Source: an uncultured Lachnospiraceae bacterium (GTDB lineage Bacteria > Bacillota > Clostridia > Lachnospirales > Lachnospiraceae). Taken from it: 64,000 nt of DNA. The position numbers were made by a program, and so were the translations under genes. The stretch spans positions 4,802-68,801 of the forward strand of contig CACZFF010000015.1 in the NCBI GenBank assembly GCA_902780385.1. The letters are read 5' to 3'. Below the pieces are notes generated by a model. That model made no database searches and had not been told where the DNA came from. It was given only the letters and a program-made list of their open reading frames with translations. Below, piece after piece: positions 35,868 through 45,857 of this stretch; within the stretch, counting starts at the first letter, position 1; the number at the start of each line of letters is the position of its first letter.

Positions 35868-36719
35868 ATGGAACACTGTATCGATGGAAGGACTATCGCG
35901 TTATTTACGGAAAAACTGACGGAACTTGAGAGAAGTTCCTTGACCGTGGAGAAATACGTTCGGGACGTCACGACATTCTGGAGATGGCTTGGATCAGACG
36001 GGCGCTTTGACAAAAGCAATGTGATCCGTTTCAAGCAGATGCTCCGGGAAAAATACAGGCTGAGCAGTGCAAATTCCATGCTCTCGGCACTAAATAAATT
36101 CTTTCAACTGATGGGGTGGGAGGACTGCCGGATCAGGACCTTCAAAACACAGCGCGCTTCTTTCAGAAATGAGGAGCGAGAGCTCTCCATAGAGGAATAT
36201 CGGAGACTTCTGAAAGCTGCGAAGGAAAAGGGAGATCTGCAGATCCTCAGTATCATGGAGACCATCGCTTCAACAGGAATTCGCATCAGTGAGCTTCAGT
36301 TTATTACAGTTGCTTCGGTAAGTACCAGGCGTGCACTTGTATCCCTCAAGGGAAAGACACGGCAGGTGCTGATTCCTGCGGAGTTGTGCAAAAAACTCCG
36401 CCGTTACTGCAGGGAACGGAAAATCACTTCAGGCAGCATCTTTGTTACCAGAACCGGGCGGCCTATTGACCGCAGCAACATACTTCACCGTATGAAAGCG
36501 CTTAGTGAAGATGCCAAAGTGAACCGGGAGAAGATATTCCCCCATAATTTAAGACATTTCTTCGCTGTCAATTATTACAAGACGGAAAAGGACATTGTCC
36601 GTCTCGCTGACTTACTCGGACATGCCAACATTAATACAACACGGATTTACACACTGATCAGCTGTGAGAGTCAGTTGGATATATTAGACAAAGTTGAAAA
36701 AAGCCTGCATGCAGTATAG
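35868..36719 (+). CDS. tyrosine site-specific recombinase (XerC/D-integrase family, small)
   Basis: N-terminal SAM-like core-binding region (SLTVEKYVRDV..F..WL). Catalytic region ASTGIRISEL, HNLRHFFA, LLGHANINTTRIYT. GGAGGG RBS before ATG 35868. Confidence 0.9.
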   Translation: MEHCIDGRTIALFTEKLTELERSSLTVEKYVRDVTTFWRWLGSDGRFDKSNVIRFKQMLREKYRLSSANSMLSALNKFFQLMGWEDCRIRTFKTQRASFRNEERELSIEEYRRLLKAAKEKGDLQILSIMETIASTGIRISELQFITVASVSTRRALVSLKGKTRQVLIPAELCKKLRRYCRERKITSGSIFVTRTGRPIDRSNILHRMKALSEDAKVNREKIFPHNLRHFFAVNYYKTEKDIVRLADLLGHANINTTRIYTLISCESQLDILDKVEKSLHAV

Positions 36720-36764
36720 CTGACCGTTAATTACATACACGGCCGGATTTTGAACAATAAAAAA

Positions 36765-36790
36765 TACCCCATAATTACTATTATGCGGTA
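36765..36790. repeat. recombinase core-type site L: TACCCCATA-ATTACTAT-TATGCGGTA
   Basis: 9-bp inverted arms flank an 8-bp spacer. 46 bp downstream of the recombinase stop codon. Confidence 0.7.
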
Positions 36791-37546
36791 GATGAAAACT
36801 CTTGCAGTGCATGCCCTCTTCTGCCGTCTCCGGCAGATCCGCTTCTTCGGAACATTTTACAGCTCAAGATTATTGAAATTTAAAATAGATATAGAAATTG
36901 GAATAGAGATATAGACACAAGGATATCAAAATATGCACAAAAGCGCAATCTAAATCCAATTTTCGTATCATGAGCCAATTATAAAGCCCTTTGTGTCACA
37001 ATAACCGTCAAAAGGTAAATCTATAACAGTAAAACTCTGACTTTTTTGCAGTTCGGACAGGACTGCCGCTCTTTGTGTGCCTGTTCCGGCAGCCAGACAT
37101 ACGGCCTGGCCGGGGCTCAGGTCTTGTGATCACTAAATCGATTACTAAATTATAGAAGAAACGTCTGCCCGAAAGGGCTTTTTTTTATGCCCGAAAACCA
37201 TTATCTCGTTTCTGTTCGCATAAGCTTTACCGCATAACCCTTGCCCCGGAACTCTGCCGGGATCTTTCACATCTCTTGATTACCGCATAATTATCTCCCG
37301 CCGGGATTTGTTCTGATCTTTTTTCAAAATACCTATTTCTTAAATATTTTTGCATACAACAAATAGTCCCCGCCGCCATACCCTTTCAAAAAGTACTGTC
37401 GGCTGCCGGGACTGTATTTGATTCTAATGAACATGATCAGTGAAGCCTTTCTTCCTTATATATGTAGGGCTCACCTTTACGAATGAATGCTGTCTTTGAA
37501 CGATTTGCTGTCATAACAGTTGCTGCATCAAAGGGGCAGCCCATTC
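36791..37546. promoter_or_regulatory. candidate invertible DNA segment (756 bp, ORF-free)
   Basis: Bounded by sites L and R in inverted orientation. No ORF of 60 aa or more in any frame. Contains extra half-sites TACCGCATAA (37228, 37281) and a GCCC-GAAA-GGGC-T8 terminator-like hairpin (37167-37186, + strand). Confidence 0.6.
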
Positions 37547-37572
37547 TACTGCATAATAGTAATTTTGCGGTA
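37547..37572. repeat. recombinase core-type site R: TACTGCATA-ATAGTAAT-TTTGCGGTA
   Basis: The spacer is the exact reverse complement of the site L spacer. 23/26 identity to site L after reverse complementing. Confidence 0.7.
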
Positions 37573-37699
37573 AACAGCAGAGCGGCAGAAAACCCTTCAG
37601 GATTTTCGGACTGCCTGGTGAGTTATAGAACTGTCCATGTGAGTATTCTGTTTGACTACGGAATTAACCACAAGTGTGAGAAAAGAGGAAGTGGCTAAA

Positions 37700-40600
37700 T
37701 TGAAACATTCAGATTATCTCAAAAAGAAAAAAACCAGAGAGACCAGAAAGAAGATTATTTCCGTGATTTCGGCAATAGTCGTTTTCATCACGACTTATGC
37801 CCTGGTGCTTCCTGCTATCACACTGGATGTTTCCAGAGCCAGCCGGGAGCCGGGCATCGCATTTGAGCAGATGCAGTTCAAGGCGACTGCTTCTGCCGCC
37901 TCTGTGACCGCGGCGGACAGCACTGTGGAAGAGGTGCAGGTGGAAGAACCTGCCGCCGAGGAAGCTGCAGAGGAAGAGGCTATAAAGGAAGAAGCTGCTG
38001 AGATCCCCGAAGAAGAGACCTCGGCTGTTTCTGATGAGAATGAGAAAGAAGAAGCGGAGCAGGTTGTAGAAGAAGCTCCGGCCGAGTCTGCACGGGAAGA
38101 AGCTCCCGCCGCAGAGGCTGAAGAGGTTCAGGAAGAGGAAGATAAGAGCGCAGAAGAAAAGGCTGATGCAGAGCCTTCGTCTGAGCCTGCCCAGGAGGAA
38201 GCTCAGACTGCCGAGACACAGAAGTCTGCAGACCAGGCTGCTGTTGACCAGTCCGGTAAATCCGGCACCCAGGCGACAGAGGCAGCTGCAGCTGCCTCAA
38301 CAGAAGAAACAGCTGCGGAGTTCCAGATTCCCACACTTGATCCCATTGACTTCGATGAGATCCTCACAGGCAAGACAGACTTCTATTTTTACCATGTAGA
38401 AAAAACAAAAGAGGATGAGAACATCACTTCCGATTCAGTTGATGACTGGAAGAAGGTTGGTTCTGATACTGTCCTTGCTCCGGAAGATTTCGTTCGCGTC
38501 TATCTTTCCTATGAGATCCCTGCAGGCTCTCTCAACGAGACCAATGCGGAAGCACGCTACAGGCTGCCCGCAGGCCTGGAACTGAGTGACAAGCAGATCA
38601 AGGATATCAATAAATATGAGAACGGCATCGCCGCCTCCAAATCCGGCAGCGAGCACGACAAATATCTCGGCGCGGAAGCTATTGAAGGCAGCCGCACCCC
38701 CAACGAGAAAGCAGGCGACGAATATATCTCCGCGACTGTTAAGGCAGAGAAGGTCTACAAGGATGGCGAATATGTTGGCCAGGATCTGATCTTCACCTTC
38801 ATTCCCTACACCGTCGAGAAGAACCAGATCTCCTATGACGAGGCGGGTAAACTGACCTCGGAAGGAAGGAATGTCAAAGGGTTCTTCACTTTTGATCTGA
38901 CAACTGCACAGATTGATTTCGAGAAGACTGAAAAGGAGACCGTTGAGAAAGAAGACGGCACAAAAGAAGAAATCCAGTACAGCAGAGCGGAAGTTGTATT
39001 CGTAAAAGAAAACAATAAGAAGAATATTGACGAGATCAGCCGCATTCTCACTATGGCTGGTCCTTCTGAGAAGGAAGAGCCTCAGGTACAGGAGCCGAAG
39101 ACTCTGATTAGTAAGGGTGAGGGCAATGACTATACTGTCACTGTGTCCTATACCGATGACGCACAGATCCCGGATAACGCAGAACTTGCAGTCCGTGAGA
39201 TTGAAAAAGATACCGACGAATACGCATCCTACCTCGAGCAGGCAAAGGGTGCTGTTGACGAGAACAAATCTGTCAACGAGGCGAGATTCTTTGACATTAC
39301 TATCGTGGCTGACGGCGAGAAGATCGAACCTCAGGCTCCGGTAAACGTACAGATCACCTTTACAGGCATCGAGCAGACCAATACAGATGATACACAGCTT
39401 CTCCACTATAAAGACGATAAAGAGGTTGAGGTCATGGATCAGGCTGAGTTCAGTAAGTCTGAAGAGCCTGAGAACGAGACAAAGGCGGTTGACACCGTCC
39501 AGTTCGAGACGGACGGATTCTCTGTGTACGGTATTGTGGGAACGGAGACGATTGAGACTACCGTACTGACTGCAGATGGCGAGACGTATAAAATCACTGT
39601 CAACTACACAAAGGAAGCAGAAATCCCGAGCGGTTCAGAATTAGTTGTTCGCGAGATTCTCCGCGGCACTCCGGAATATGATGATTACAGAGCGCAGACG
39701 CAGGATGCTTTGGGTACAAGCGATGTTCCGATTGCAGAAATGGAGAACAGTGATGAGACTGCAGTAGAAGAAACTGCTTTCGATGAAACAATTGCGGACA
39801 CAACGAATCCTGTTACATATCAGGTTGTAGGAAATGCCCAGTCTGAACTGACCTTTATCCGTCTGTTCGATATCAGCATCATGAATGGTGAAGAAGAGGT
39901 TGAGCCGAAGGTTCCGGTAGAGGTTGTGATCACCTATGTGGAGCCGGTGAAGATAAATGATGGAAGCAAGCTGGATATTGTTCACTTTGCTGAAGATGGA
40001 GTTGAAGTTTTTGATGAAGTTATTGTAAGTGAAGATGGAACAGAGATCAAATATGAGGCTGAAAGTTTCTCTGTTTATGGAACAGCTCAGAGTGCTGTTG
40101 GGGCAGGAGATTACATTATCTATAGGGATGGGAGTCAAAATGATTATGCACTGAATTATAACAATGGAACTCTCGGAAGACAGTCTGTAAGTATTTCCGG
40201 GGGACAAGTGTATTCTGCGCAAGATAATGTGGTCTGGACCTTTACAGCGGTGACCGGTGGCTATAGGTTAAGTTATCAGGTTGGAAATACAACATATTAT
40301 CTTCGCAATAACAATGGGACTCTTACTACAACGACTAATGTAAATCAGGCTTCTACGTGGACTTATAACAACAGAAGGCTTACTAGCGGGAATCGTTCGT
40401 TAAGATATGATAGTGGGTCATTTTCATTAAACAGCAGTGGAAGCGATATTTATCTTGCAAAAATAGCAGCTCCGGCGACCATTACCATTCACTATGTGGA
40501 TGAATCTGGTACAGAAATACTTGAGTCTCAAATACTTCCAGACAGCACATCAAGTGGCGTAACTGCAATACGTGACATCGTTGCAACTAAGGCAGGTTAT

Positions 40601-43600
40601 ACATACCACAACACATACCTTACCAGTACTTCTGGGACACAGATCGTTCCTGAACTGCGTGGTGCAGGTGGCGGACAATGGGAATATCAGGTCTACGGAC
40701 AGCAGGCATATACACAGTTCAGCGGGGATACTGACATCTATGTAGTATATGGCGATGCATATGGCGGTGGTTCCGGAGGATCCGGAGGAGGTGGTGGAGA
40801 TGATGATCTTCATATTGATACCCCCACTGCAGGAAAAGTTGTTAGAGGCAATACAGACGGAACATTTACATTATCACTTTCTATCACAGGTGAAGGCGAT
40901 CAGGGAGACAGCAGTAAAGGTGCAAATGTTATCGTTATACTGGATACGTCTAACAGTATGGATGGAAATGTCAGTACAGGTGGTACACGTTTCAGCAATG
41001 CAGTAAGTGCAGCGCAAAATGTATCATCAAACTTGCTTGGAATGAACACGGAAGAGAATCCCGAGCTTGTTGAGATGTGCTTAGTTGAATTCAATAAAGA
41101 TGTAGTAACAAGTGGATGGTATACAGAAGCAGGAACTGCAAGTGCGCAGGGGACATATCCCACAGGTACATTTAACAGAAAAATTGCAGATGCATCCAGA
41201 AATTCCGGTACAAACTGGGAGGGTGCTCTTCAGGCGGCAATTACAGCTGCTAATGGCCATAACGATGGAGATGATACATATATCATTTTCCTGACTGACG
41301 GTAATCCAAGCACAAATGCTACAAAAACTTCCCGTTATGATAACGAGGCTAATACAAACACTAGCAGTCCATACTATTATAGACTTTCCGATAACTATAT
41401 GTGTGCAACAGACGAAGCACGTCAGATCGTACAAAATGGATGGAATTTCTACTCTGTTGGCATGTATGGAAACGTTGATGTTCTGAGGTATCTGACAAAC
41501 TTTGCATACTATGGACGTAGCGTCAACCAGACAGAGAATAAAGATACGCAGGGAACATATTATTATCCAGCATCTGAAACCAGCACTTTGATTGCTGCCT
41601 TAAATGATATTGCAGATGTAATTTCTAACAGCTTGGCGCTTGCAGGTGTTGATTTTAAAGATGGTATCGGTCAGGATGTTACGCATCATTCACTTAGTAC
41701 AAATGTCAGTGGTTCATTGGGAGGCGTAACATACACCAAGTCGGGAGGTACGACAGGCAGTTATAGTGTAACAGTAGATAAAGACGGTAATGCAACATTT
41801 ACTGTTGGAACGACATCTGTTCCAGGAACCATAACGACAAAAAGTTATAAAAAAATCGTTGATGTTGAAGGCGGTGATCCGACAGAGCAGGACGCAAGTG
41901 CTGAGGTTTATACGGCGACAGTAAATGGCACAACTTATTATATGCCGATTGCGACATTGTCAAATGCTGAGACAGATGAGGGTGATTTTGAGTGGGATCT
42001 TTCTCCACTCGGGACACTTGAGAAAAATGCGACCTATACTGTCAGCTTCAAAGTATGGCCGGATCAGGATGCTTATGACTACGTAACCAATCTGAATAAC
42101 GGAATCAGCGGATATTCATGGGATTATGAAAATGAAGTAGAAGTGAAGAATCCAAGTGGCTCTACTGCTTACTATACTGACGGAGTGTCACAGTATCCGA
42201 ATATTGTACGTTATCCGAATGATACATTTGCTGCAATGTCAAATACCTATCAGACGGTAGATTACTACATTGCAAATACAGAAACGAGCGGTGATGAAAC
42301 ATCAACGACTTATGAGAAAGGCGAACCGATTGCCCTTGATATTCCGGATCCGATGAATCTGGTTAGCTCCAGTTTCAGCGTGAGAAAGTCATGGTCTGAC
42401 AGCCTAGATACATCACAGTTAGATAAGCTGATTGCAGATGCGGAAGCAGAAGGAAAAGTATATGGCGTTACTTTAAATCTTCTGGAAGATGGCGAGTTCT
42501 ATAAGGCATATATATTTACTCCGGTAAAGAACACAGAGACTGGAAAATATGAATGGCCTGCACAGACAATCAATATTGCCCCGGCATTACTTACAACAAC
42601 GTATCCGGGAGGCGGAACATATAATACCGTAACAATTGACGGCGACACTTATTATGTTCTCAATAATGGACATCAGTACATTCTGGAGGAAACCAATACA
42701 GATTCTCACTTCGAGTTCAATACAATCTTGTACCATCCAGCACTGGTGAACGGCGTATTGAAGAACGTAGAGTTCGACGTTGATGAACACGGCAATATTG
42801 TAAATGGCTCCACAGGTACAGTTGTCGGGACTGTTCCACTTGTCGAGTTTGAAGGTGAGAATACCCTTCGAGGCGGCATTAACATCTATAAAAAAGTGGT
42901 TGAGGAAGACGATACTGAAGTCGAAGACAATACAGATGTATTTGATGCTGAAGTTACTTTGACAGTTCCGATGAAAGATGGACAGCCTGATTTCTCTCAT
43001 GTTGAAAACTATTACGATACAGATAACGTTACAGTGCTTATCCCAAGCGTAGCTTGGTATAGGTACTATGACGAAAATAATAATGTAGTTTACGATGATG
43101 CGTTGATCGATGCAGGTATTCTTGAGGATTCCGGACAGACTTCAGAGTATGGAAGAATTGGTCAAGGTGAAAACTACGATGGAAGTGGATGGTTCTATCT
43201 TGACTTTAACGACACAACCGGAACGGTAACCGGAACTGTTAAAATTACACCACAGTATACTTTGCGTTTCACAAATATGGCTGCCGGGACTACCTACGAT
43301 CTTACTGAAACAGATACACAGGGTATGCAGCCCACTTATGAGTTCTGGCATGACAATGCTGAGTCGAATGAGAAAATTGTTATTGGTAATGCTGGAAACA
43401 ATATTCGTGTGACCAACAAAATCGTTAACCGTAAGGTGATCGTCTATAAGACAGATGACAATGCCACATCACCAAAGGCACTTGCAGATGCAGTGTTTAC
43501 GATTAATGGCGAGACCTTAACATCAGGTCAGGATGGTTACACCGAAGTAATTGAACTTCCGACAAGTAATACTCCATATGACTTGATAGAGACTGAAGCT

Positions 43601-43873
43601 CCGGCAGGTTACAACAAACTGACTGAAGCGGTAAAAGTAACAGTTTCATCCAGTGGTGTTACTTATCAGCAAGGCATGGGACAGCCGCAGACAGCAGAAA
43701 AAGATGCTGATGGGAATTATGTAGTTCATGTTACGAATAACTCTGGCTATGAACTCCCGAATACCGGCGGCTCTGGTACATTACCTTATACATTAGGCGG
43801 TATCGCCCTTATCATGGCATCCGCTTTGATGTACGGCTTCAGGATGAGGCGTAGAGAAAGGAGGTTAAACTAA
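37700..43873 (+). CDS. giant LPXTG-anchored multidomain adhesin (pilus-tip-like; vWA/MIDAS, MucBP-like, lectin-like, Cna-B/SpaA-type domains)
   Basis: N-terminal Lys-rich region plus TM signal. Glu/Ala-rich acidic region. MIDAS DTSNSM...GTNWEGAL...FLTDGNPS (about 40.9-41.3 kb). ITIHYVDESGTEI is MucBP-like. E-box YDLIETEAPAGY. LPNTG at 43754-43768, then TM and RMRRRERR. TTG 37700 is preferred over the track start 37652. Confidence 0.9.
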   Translation: MKHSDYLKKKKTRETRKKIISVISAIVVFITTYALVLPAITLDVSRASREPGIAFEQMQFKATASAASVTAADSTVEEVQVEEPAAEEAAEEEAIKEEAAEIPEEETSAVSDENEKEEAEQVVEEAPAESAREEAPAAEAEEVQEEEDKSAEEKADAEPSSEPAQEEAQTAETQKSADQAAVDQSGKSGTQATEAAAAASTEETAAEFQIPTLDPIDFDEILTGKTDFYFYHVEKTKEDENITSDSVDDWKKVGSDTVLAPEDFVRVYLSYEIPAGSLNETNAEARYRLPAGLELSDKQIKDINKYENGIAASKSGSEHDKYLGAEAIEGSRTPNEKAGDEYISATVKAEKVYKDGEYVGQDLIFTFIPYTVEKNQISYDEAGKLTSEGRNVKGFFTFDLTTAQIDFEKTEKETVEKEDGTKEEIQYSRAEVVFVKENNKKNIDEISRILTMAGPSEKEEPQVQEPKTLISKGEGNDYTVTVSYTDDAQIPDNAELAVREIEKDTDEYASYLEQAKGAVDENKSVNEARFFDITIVADGEKIEPQAPVNVQITFTGIEQTNTDDTQLLHYKDDKEVEVMDQAEFSKSEEPENETKAVDTVQFETDGFSVYGIVGTETIETTVLTADGETYKITVNYTKEAEIPSGSELVVREILRGTPEYDDYRAQTQDALGTSDVPIAEMENSDETAVEETAFDETIADTTNPVTYQVVGNAQSELTFIRLFDISIMNGEEEVEPKVPVEVVITYVEPVKINDGSKLDIVHFAEDGVEVFDEVIVSEDGTEIKYEAESFSVYGTAQSAVGAGDYIIYRDGSQNDYALNYNNGTLGRQSVSISGGQVYSAQDNVVWTFTAVTGGYRLSYQVGNTTYYLRNNNGTLTTTTNVNQASTWTYNNRRLTSGNRSLRYDSGSFSLNSSGSDIYLAKIAAPATITIHYVDESGTEILESQILPDSTSSGVTAIRDIVATKAGYTYHNTYLTSTSGTQIVPELRGAGGGQWEYQVYGQQAYTQFSGDTDIYVVYGDAYGGGSGGSGGGGGDDDLHIDTPTAGKVVRGNTDGTFTLSLSITGEGDQGDSSKGANVIVILDTSNSMDGNVSTGGTRFSNAVSAAQNVSSNLLGMNTEENPELVEMCLVEFNKDVVTSGWYTEAGTASAQGTYPTGTFNRKIADASRNSGTNWEGALQAAITAANGHNDGDDTYIIFLTDGNPSTNATKTSRYDNEANTNTSSPYYYRLSDNYMCATDEARQIVQNGWNFYSVGMYGNVDVLRYLTNFAYYGRSVNQTENKDTQGTYYYPASETSTLIAALNDIADVISNSLALAGVDFKDGIGQDVTHHSLSTNVSGSLGGVTYTKSGGTTGSYSVTVDKDGNATFTVGTTSVPGTITTKSYKKIVDVEGGDPTEQDASAEVYTATVNGTTYYMPIATLSNAETDEGDFEWDLSPLGTLEKNATYTVSFKVWPDQDAYDYVTNLNNGISGYSWDYENEVEVKNPSGSTAYYTDGVSQYPNIVRYPNDTFAAMSNTYQTVDYYIANTETSGDETSTTYEKGEPIALDIPDPMNLVSSSFSVRKSWSDSLDTSQLDKLIADAEAEGKVYGVTLNLLEDGEFYKAYIFTPVKNTETGKYEWPAQTINIAPALLTTTYPGGGTYNTVTIDGDTYYVLNNGHQYILEETNTDSHFEFNTILYHPALVNGVLKNVEFDVDEHGNIVNGSTGTVVGTVPLVEFEGENTLRGGINIYKKVVEEDDTEVEDNTDVFDAEVTLTVPMKDGQPDFSHVENYYDTDNVTVLIPSVAWYRYYDENNNVVYDDALIDAGILEDSGQTSEYGRIGQGENYDGSGWFYLDFNDTTGTVTGTVKITPQYTLRFTNMAAGTTYDLTETDTQGMQPTYEFWHDNAESNEKIVIGNAGNNIRVTNKIVNRKVIVYKTDDNATSPKALADAVFTINGETLTSGQDGYTEVIELPTSNTPYDLIETEAPAGYNKLTEAVKVTVSSSGVTYQQGMGQPQTAEKDADGNYVVHVTNNSGYELPNTGGSGTLPYTLGGIALIMASALMYGFRMRRRERRLN

Positions 43874-44084
43874 CAGCCTCTGATCTCGACGAATAAACTG
43901 ACGCCGAAATCTGAAACCGTGATATTACAACTTAATAAAAGGCTGCCTCGACGGAAACTGTCGAGGTGCCGGAGAGGCAGTCCAATAAAACCAGCTGTGG
44001 TTTGAAACAGCAAAGCCCTTCACGGGCTGGAAACCTTTTAGAAAGTCCTTGAAGGGACGAACGAACAAGAAAGGATGAACAATC

Positions 44085-45605
44085 ATGAAGAAAATGAAAA
44101 AGATCTTCGCTCTGCTGATTGCCATGGTCGTATTCGCTGCAAGCATTACAATCACTCACGATGAAGACACCTATGATGCCAATACAGATTCCGCTGCCCG
44201 TGTTTACCAGGCATATAAGATTTTCGATGCTGTTTATGATGATCTCGCAGGTGAGAATACCCAGGATGATAAAGATGCTTTCTCATATGATCCTGATGAT
44301 GCAGCAGTTGCTTACACCATGGCAACAGACAGCCCCTGGGTGGATGTCATGACTGATGATGAGCAGACATGGTTTGATGTAAAGCTGTCTGCTGATGGAA
44401 GTGTCTATGTTGTAACTGCAAAGGATAGTTATGCAACTTCTGCTGATGCTAAAGATTTTGCTGAGTATCTGCAGGAGAACATGCCGGATGACGCAGCTTC
44501 CACTGAGGTTACAGTAGACGGTGCTGCAGCTGAAGTTGATCCCGGTTATTACCTGATTGTTGCTAAAGATACAAAAGATGGTGTTACAAGACTTGCGCTT
44601 GTTACCACAGATGTGGAGATGGTAGAAAAGAACACCTACATCACTGTTGGTAAGACAACTGCCAGAACCAGCTATAGTGTTGGTGATCTGATTGAGTACA
44701 CAGTTACTGTTAATATTCCTGATGATACAGCTCTGACTCAGACCGATGATAATGGTGACTATGTTGCAGGACACGGCCCGATCATCCTTCACGATATTCT
44801 TGACAGCCGCCTGACTTTCCAGGGAGAGATGAAGACTGCCTCCATTGGTGATGATGAGTATGAACTTGTTTGGACCGAGGATACTGCCGCAGCTAACCAC
44901 ACAACTAATCAGGATGATGGCTGCACCTTTGAGCTTATTATCCCTGTTACTGAGGATCTTCTTGACGAAACTGTAACCTTCACTTATGAAGCAGAGGTCA
45001 ACAGCACTGCAGCGACTGACACTGGTCTTGTGAACGAACTTGGTGGCGAGATCAATGGTTATAAGACTGTTCCCGAAAAGCCGGAAGTTTATACATTTGA
45101 CTTCGATTTTATCAAATTATTTGATGATGAAGAAGATGAAGAGCTGACAGCAACATTTGAGCTTCGTACAGATGCTGATGATGAGACTACTGCCATTTCC
45201 TTTATCACGGATGCTAATGGAAATTATATCAAGGCGGACAGTGACGATGCAAATGCGAATACAACCATTACCATGACAAATGGTAACCAGCTCAATTTCC
45301 TTGGATTTGAAGCAGGGACATATTACCTGGTCGAGCTTACAACAAGTACTGGTTATAACCTGCTGGATGGCCCGGTTACTGTTAATATCGAAGATACTTC
45401 TACAGATACTGTAATCAGTCATGAAGTGACTTACATTGTTAATGGTGAGGAAGCAGAGGGTGTTGTAACTGTAGAGAACCATAGTGGTACAGTTCTTCCT
45501 TCCACCGGTGGCATCGGTACCACAATTTTCTACATCATTGGTGCAATCCTTGTAGTTGGTGCTGGCGTTGTTCTGGTAACCCGCCGTCGTATGAACGCTA
45601 ACTAA
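44085..45605 (+). CDS. LPXTG-anchored isopeptide-type pilin/surface protein
   Basis: Signal peptide. E-box-like YYLVELTTSTGY. LPSTG at 45495-45509, then TM and TRRRMNAN. Confidence 0.85.
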   Translation: MKKMKKIFALLIAMVVFAASITITHDEDTYDANTDSAARVYQAYKIFDAVYDDLAGENTQDDKDAFSYDPDDAAVAYTMATDSPWVDVMTDDEQTWFDVKLSADGSVYVVTAKDSYATSADAKDFAEYLQENMPDDAASTEVTVDGAAAEVDPGYYLIVAKDTKDGVTRLALVTTDVEMVEKNTYITVGKTTARTSYSVGDLIEYTVTVNIPDDTALTQTDDNGDYVAGHGPIILHDILDSRLTFQGEMKTASIGDDEYELVWTEDTAAANHTTNQDDGCTFELIIPVTEDLLDETVTFTYEAEVNSTAATDTGLVNELGGEINGYKTVPEKPEVYTFDFDFIKLFDDEEDEELTATFELRTDADDETTAISFITDANGNYIKADSDDANANTTITMTNGNQLNFLGFEAGTYYLVELTTSTGYNLLDGPVTVNIEDTSTDTVISHEVTYIVNGEEAEGVVTVENHSGTVLPSTGGIGTTIFYIIGAILVVGAGVVLVTRRRMNAN

Positions 45606-45690
45606 GTAGAAGTAACCTACTAAAAAACAGTGGTATGAAATAGGTCAATCACCTGATCAAACCAAAACAAATTAAAAAATGAACCCCATC

Positions 45691-45724
45691 AAAAAAGGGA
45701 GCGGAGGCCACGGCCTCTGCTCCC
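45691..45724 (-). terminator. terminator hairpin (U-run only on the minus strand; probably also stops the + strand pilin transcript)
   Basis: GGGAGCGGAGGCC / GGCCTCTGCTCCC, preceded on the + strand by AAAAAA. Confidence 0.6.
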
Positions 45725-45857
45725 CGGGGAAATCATTTACCTACACAATCATATAGCATAAACCGGAATCAAAACGACAGGTTTAACATTCAATCCAAGT
45801 TTGGTTCCTACAACAGCAACTTGACAACTTTTATTTTTGAGGATCTCGATTCGGGAA

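Noticed and set aside
37483-37698. 71-aa ORF just upstream of the adhesin, and the track start at 37652 for the adhesin.
   Set aside because: The small ORF spans recombination site R and has no RBS. For the adhesin, TTG 37700 (or GTG 37691) follows AAGAGGAAG and yields a conventional Lys-rich signal peptide. The residues upstream look non-coding.
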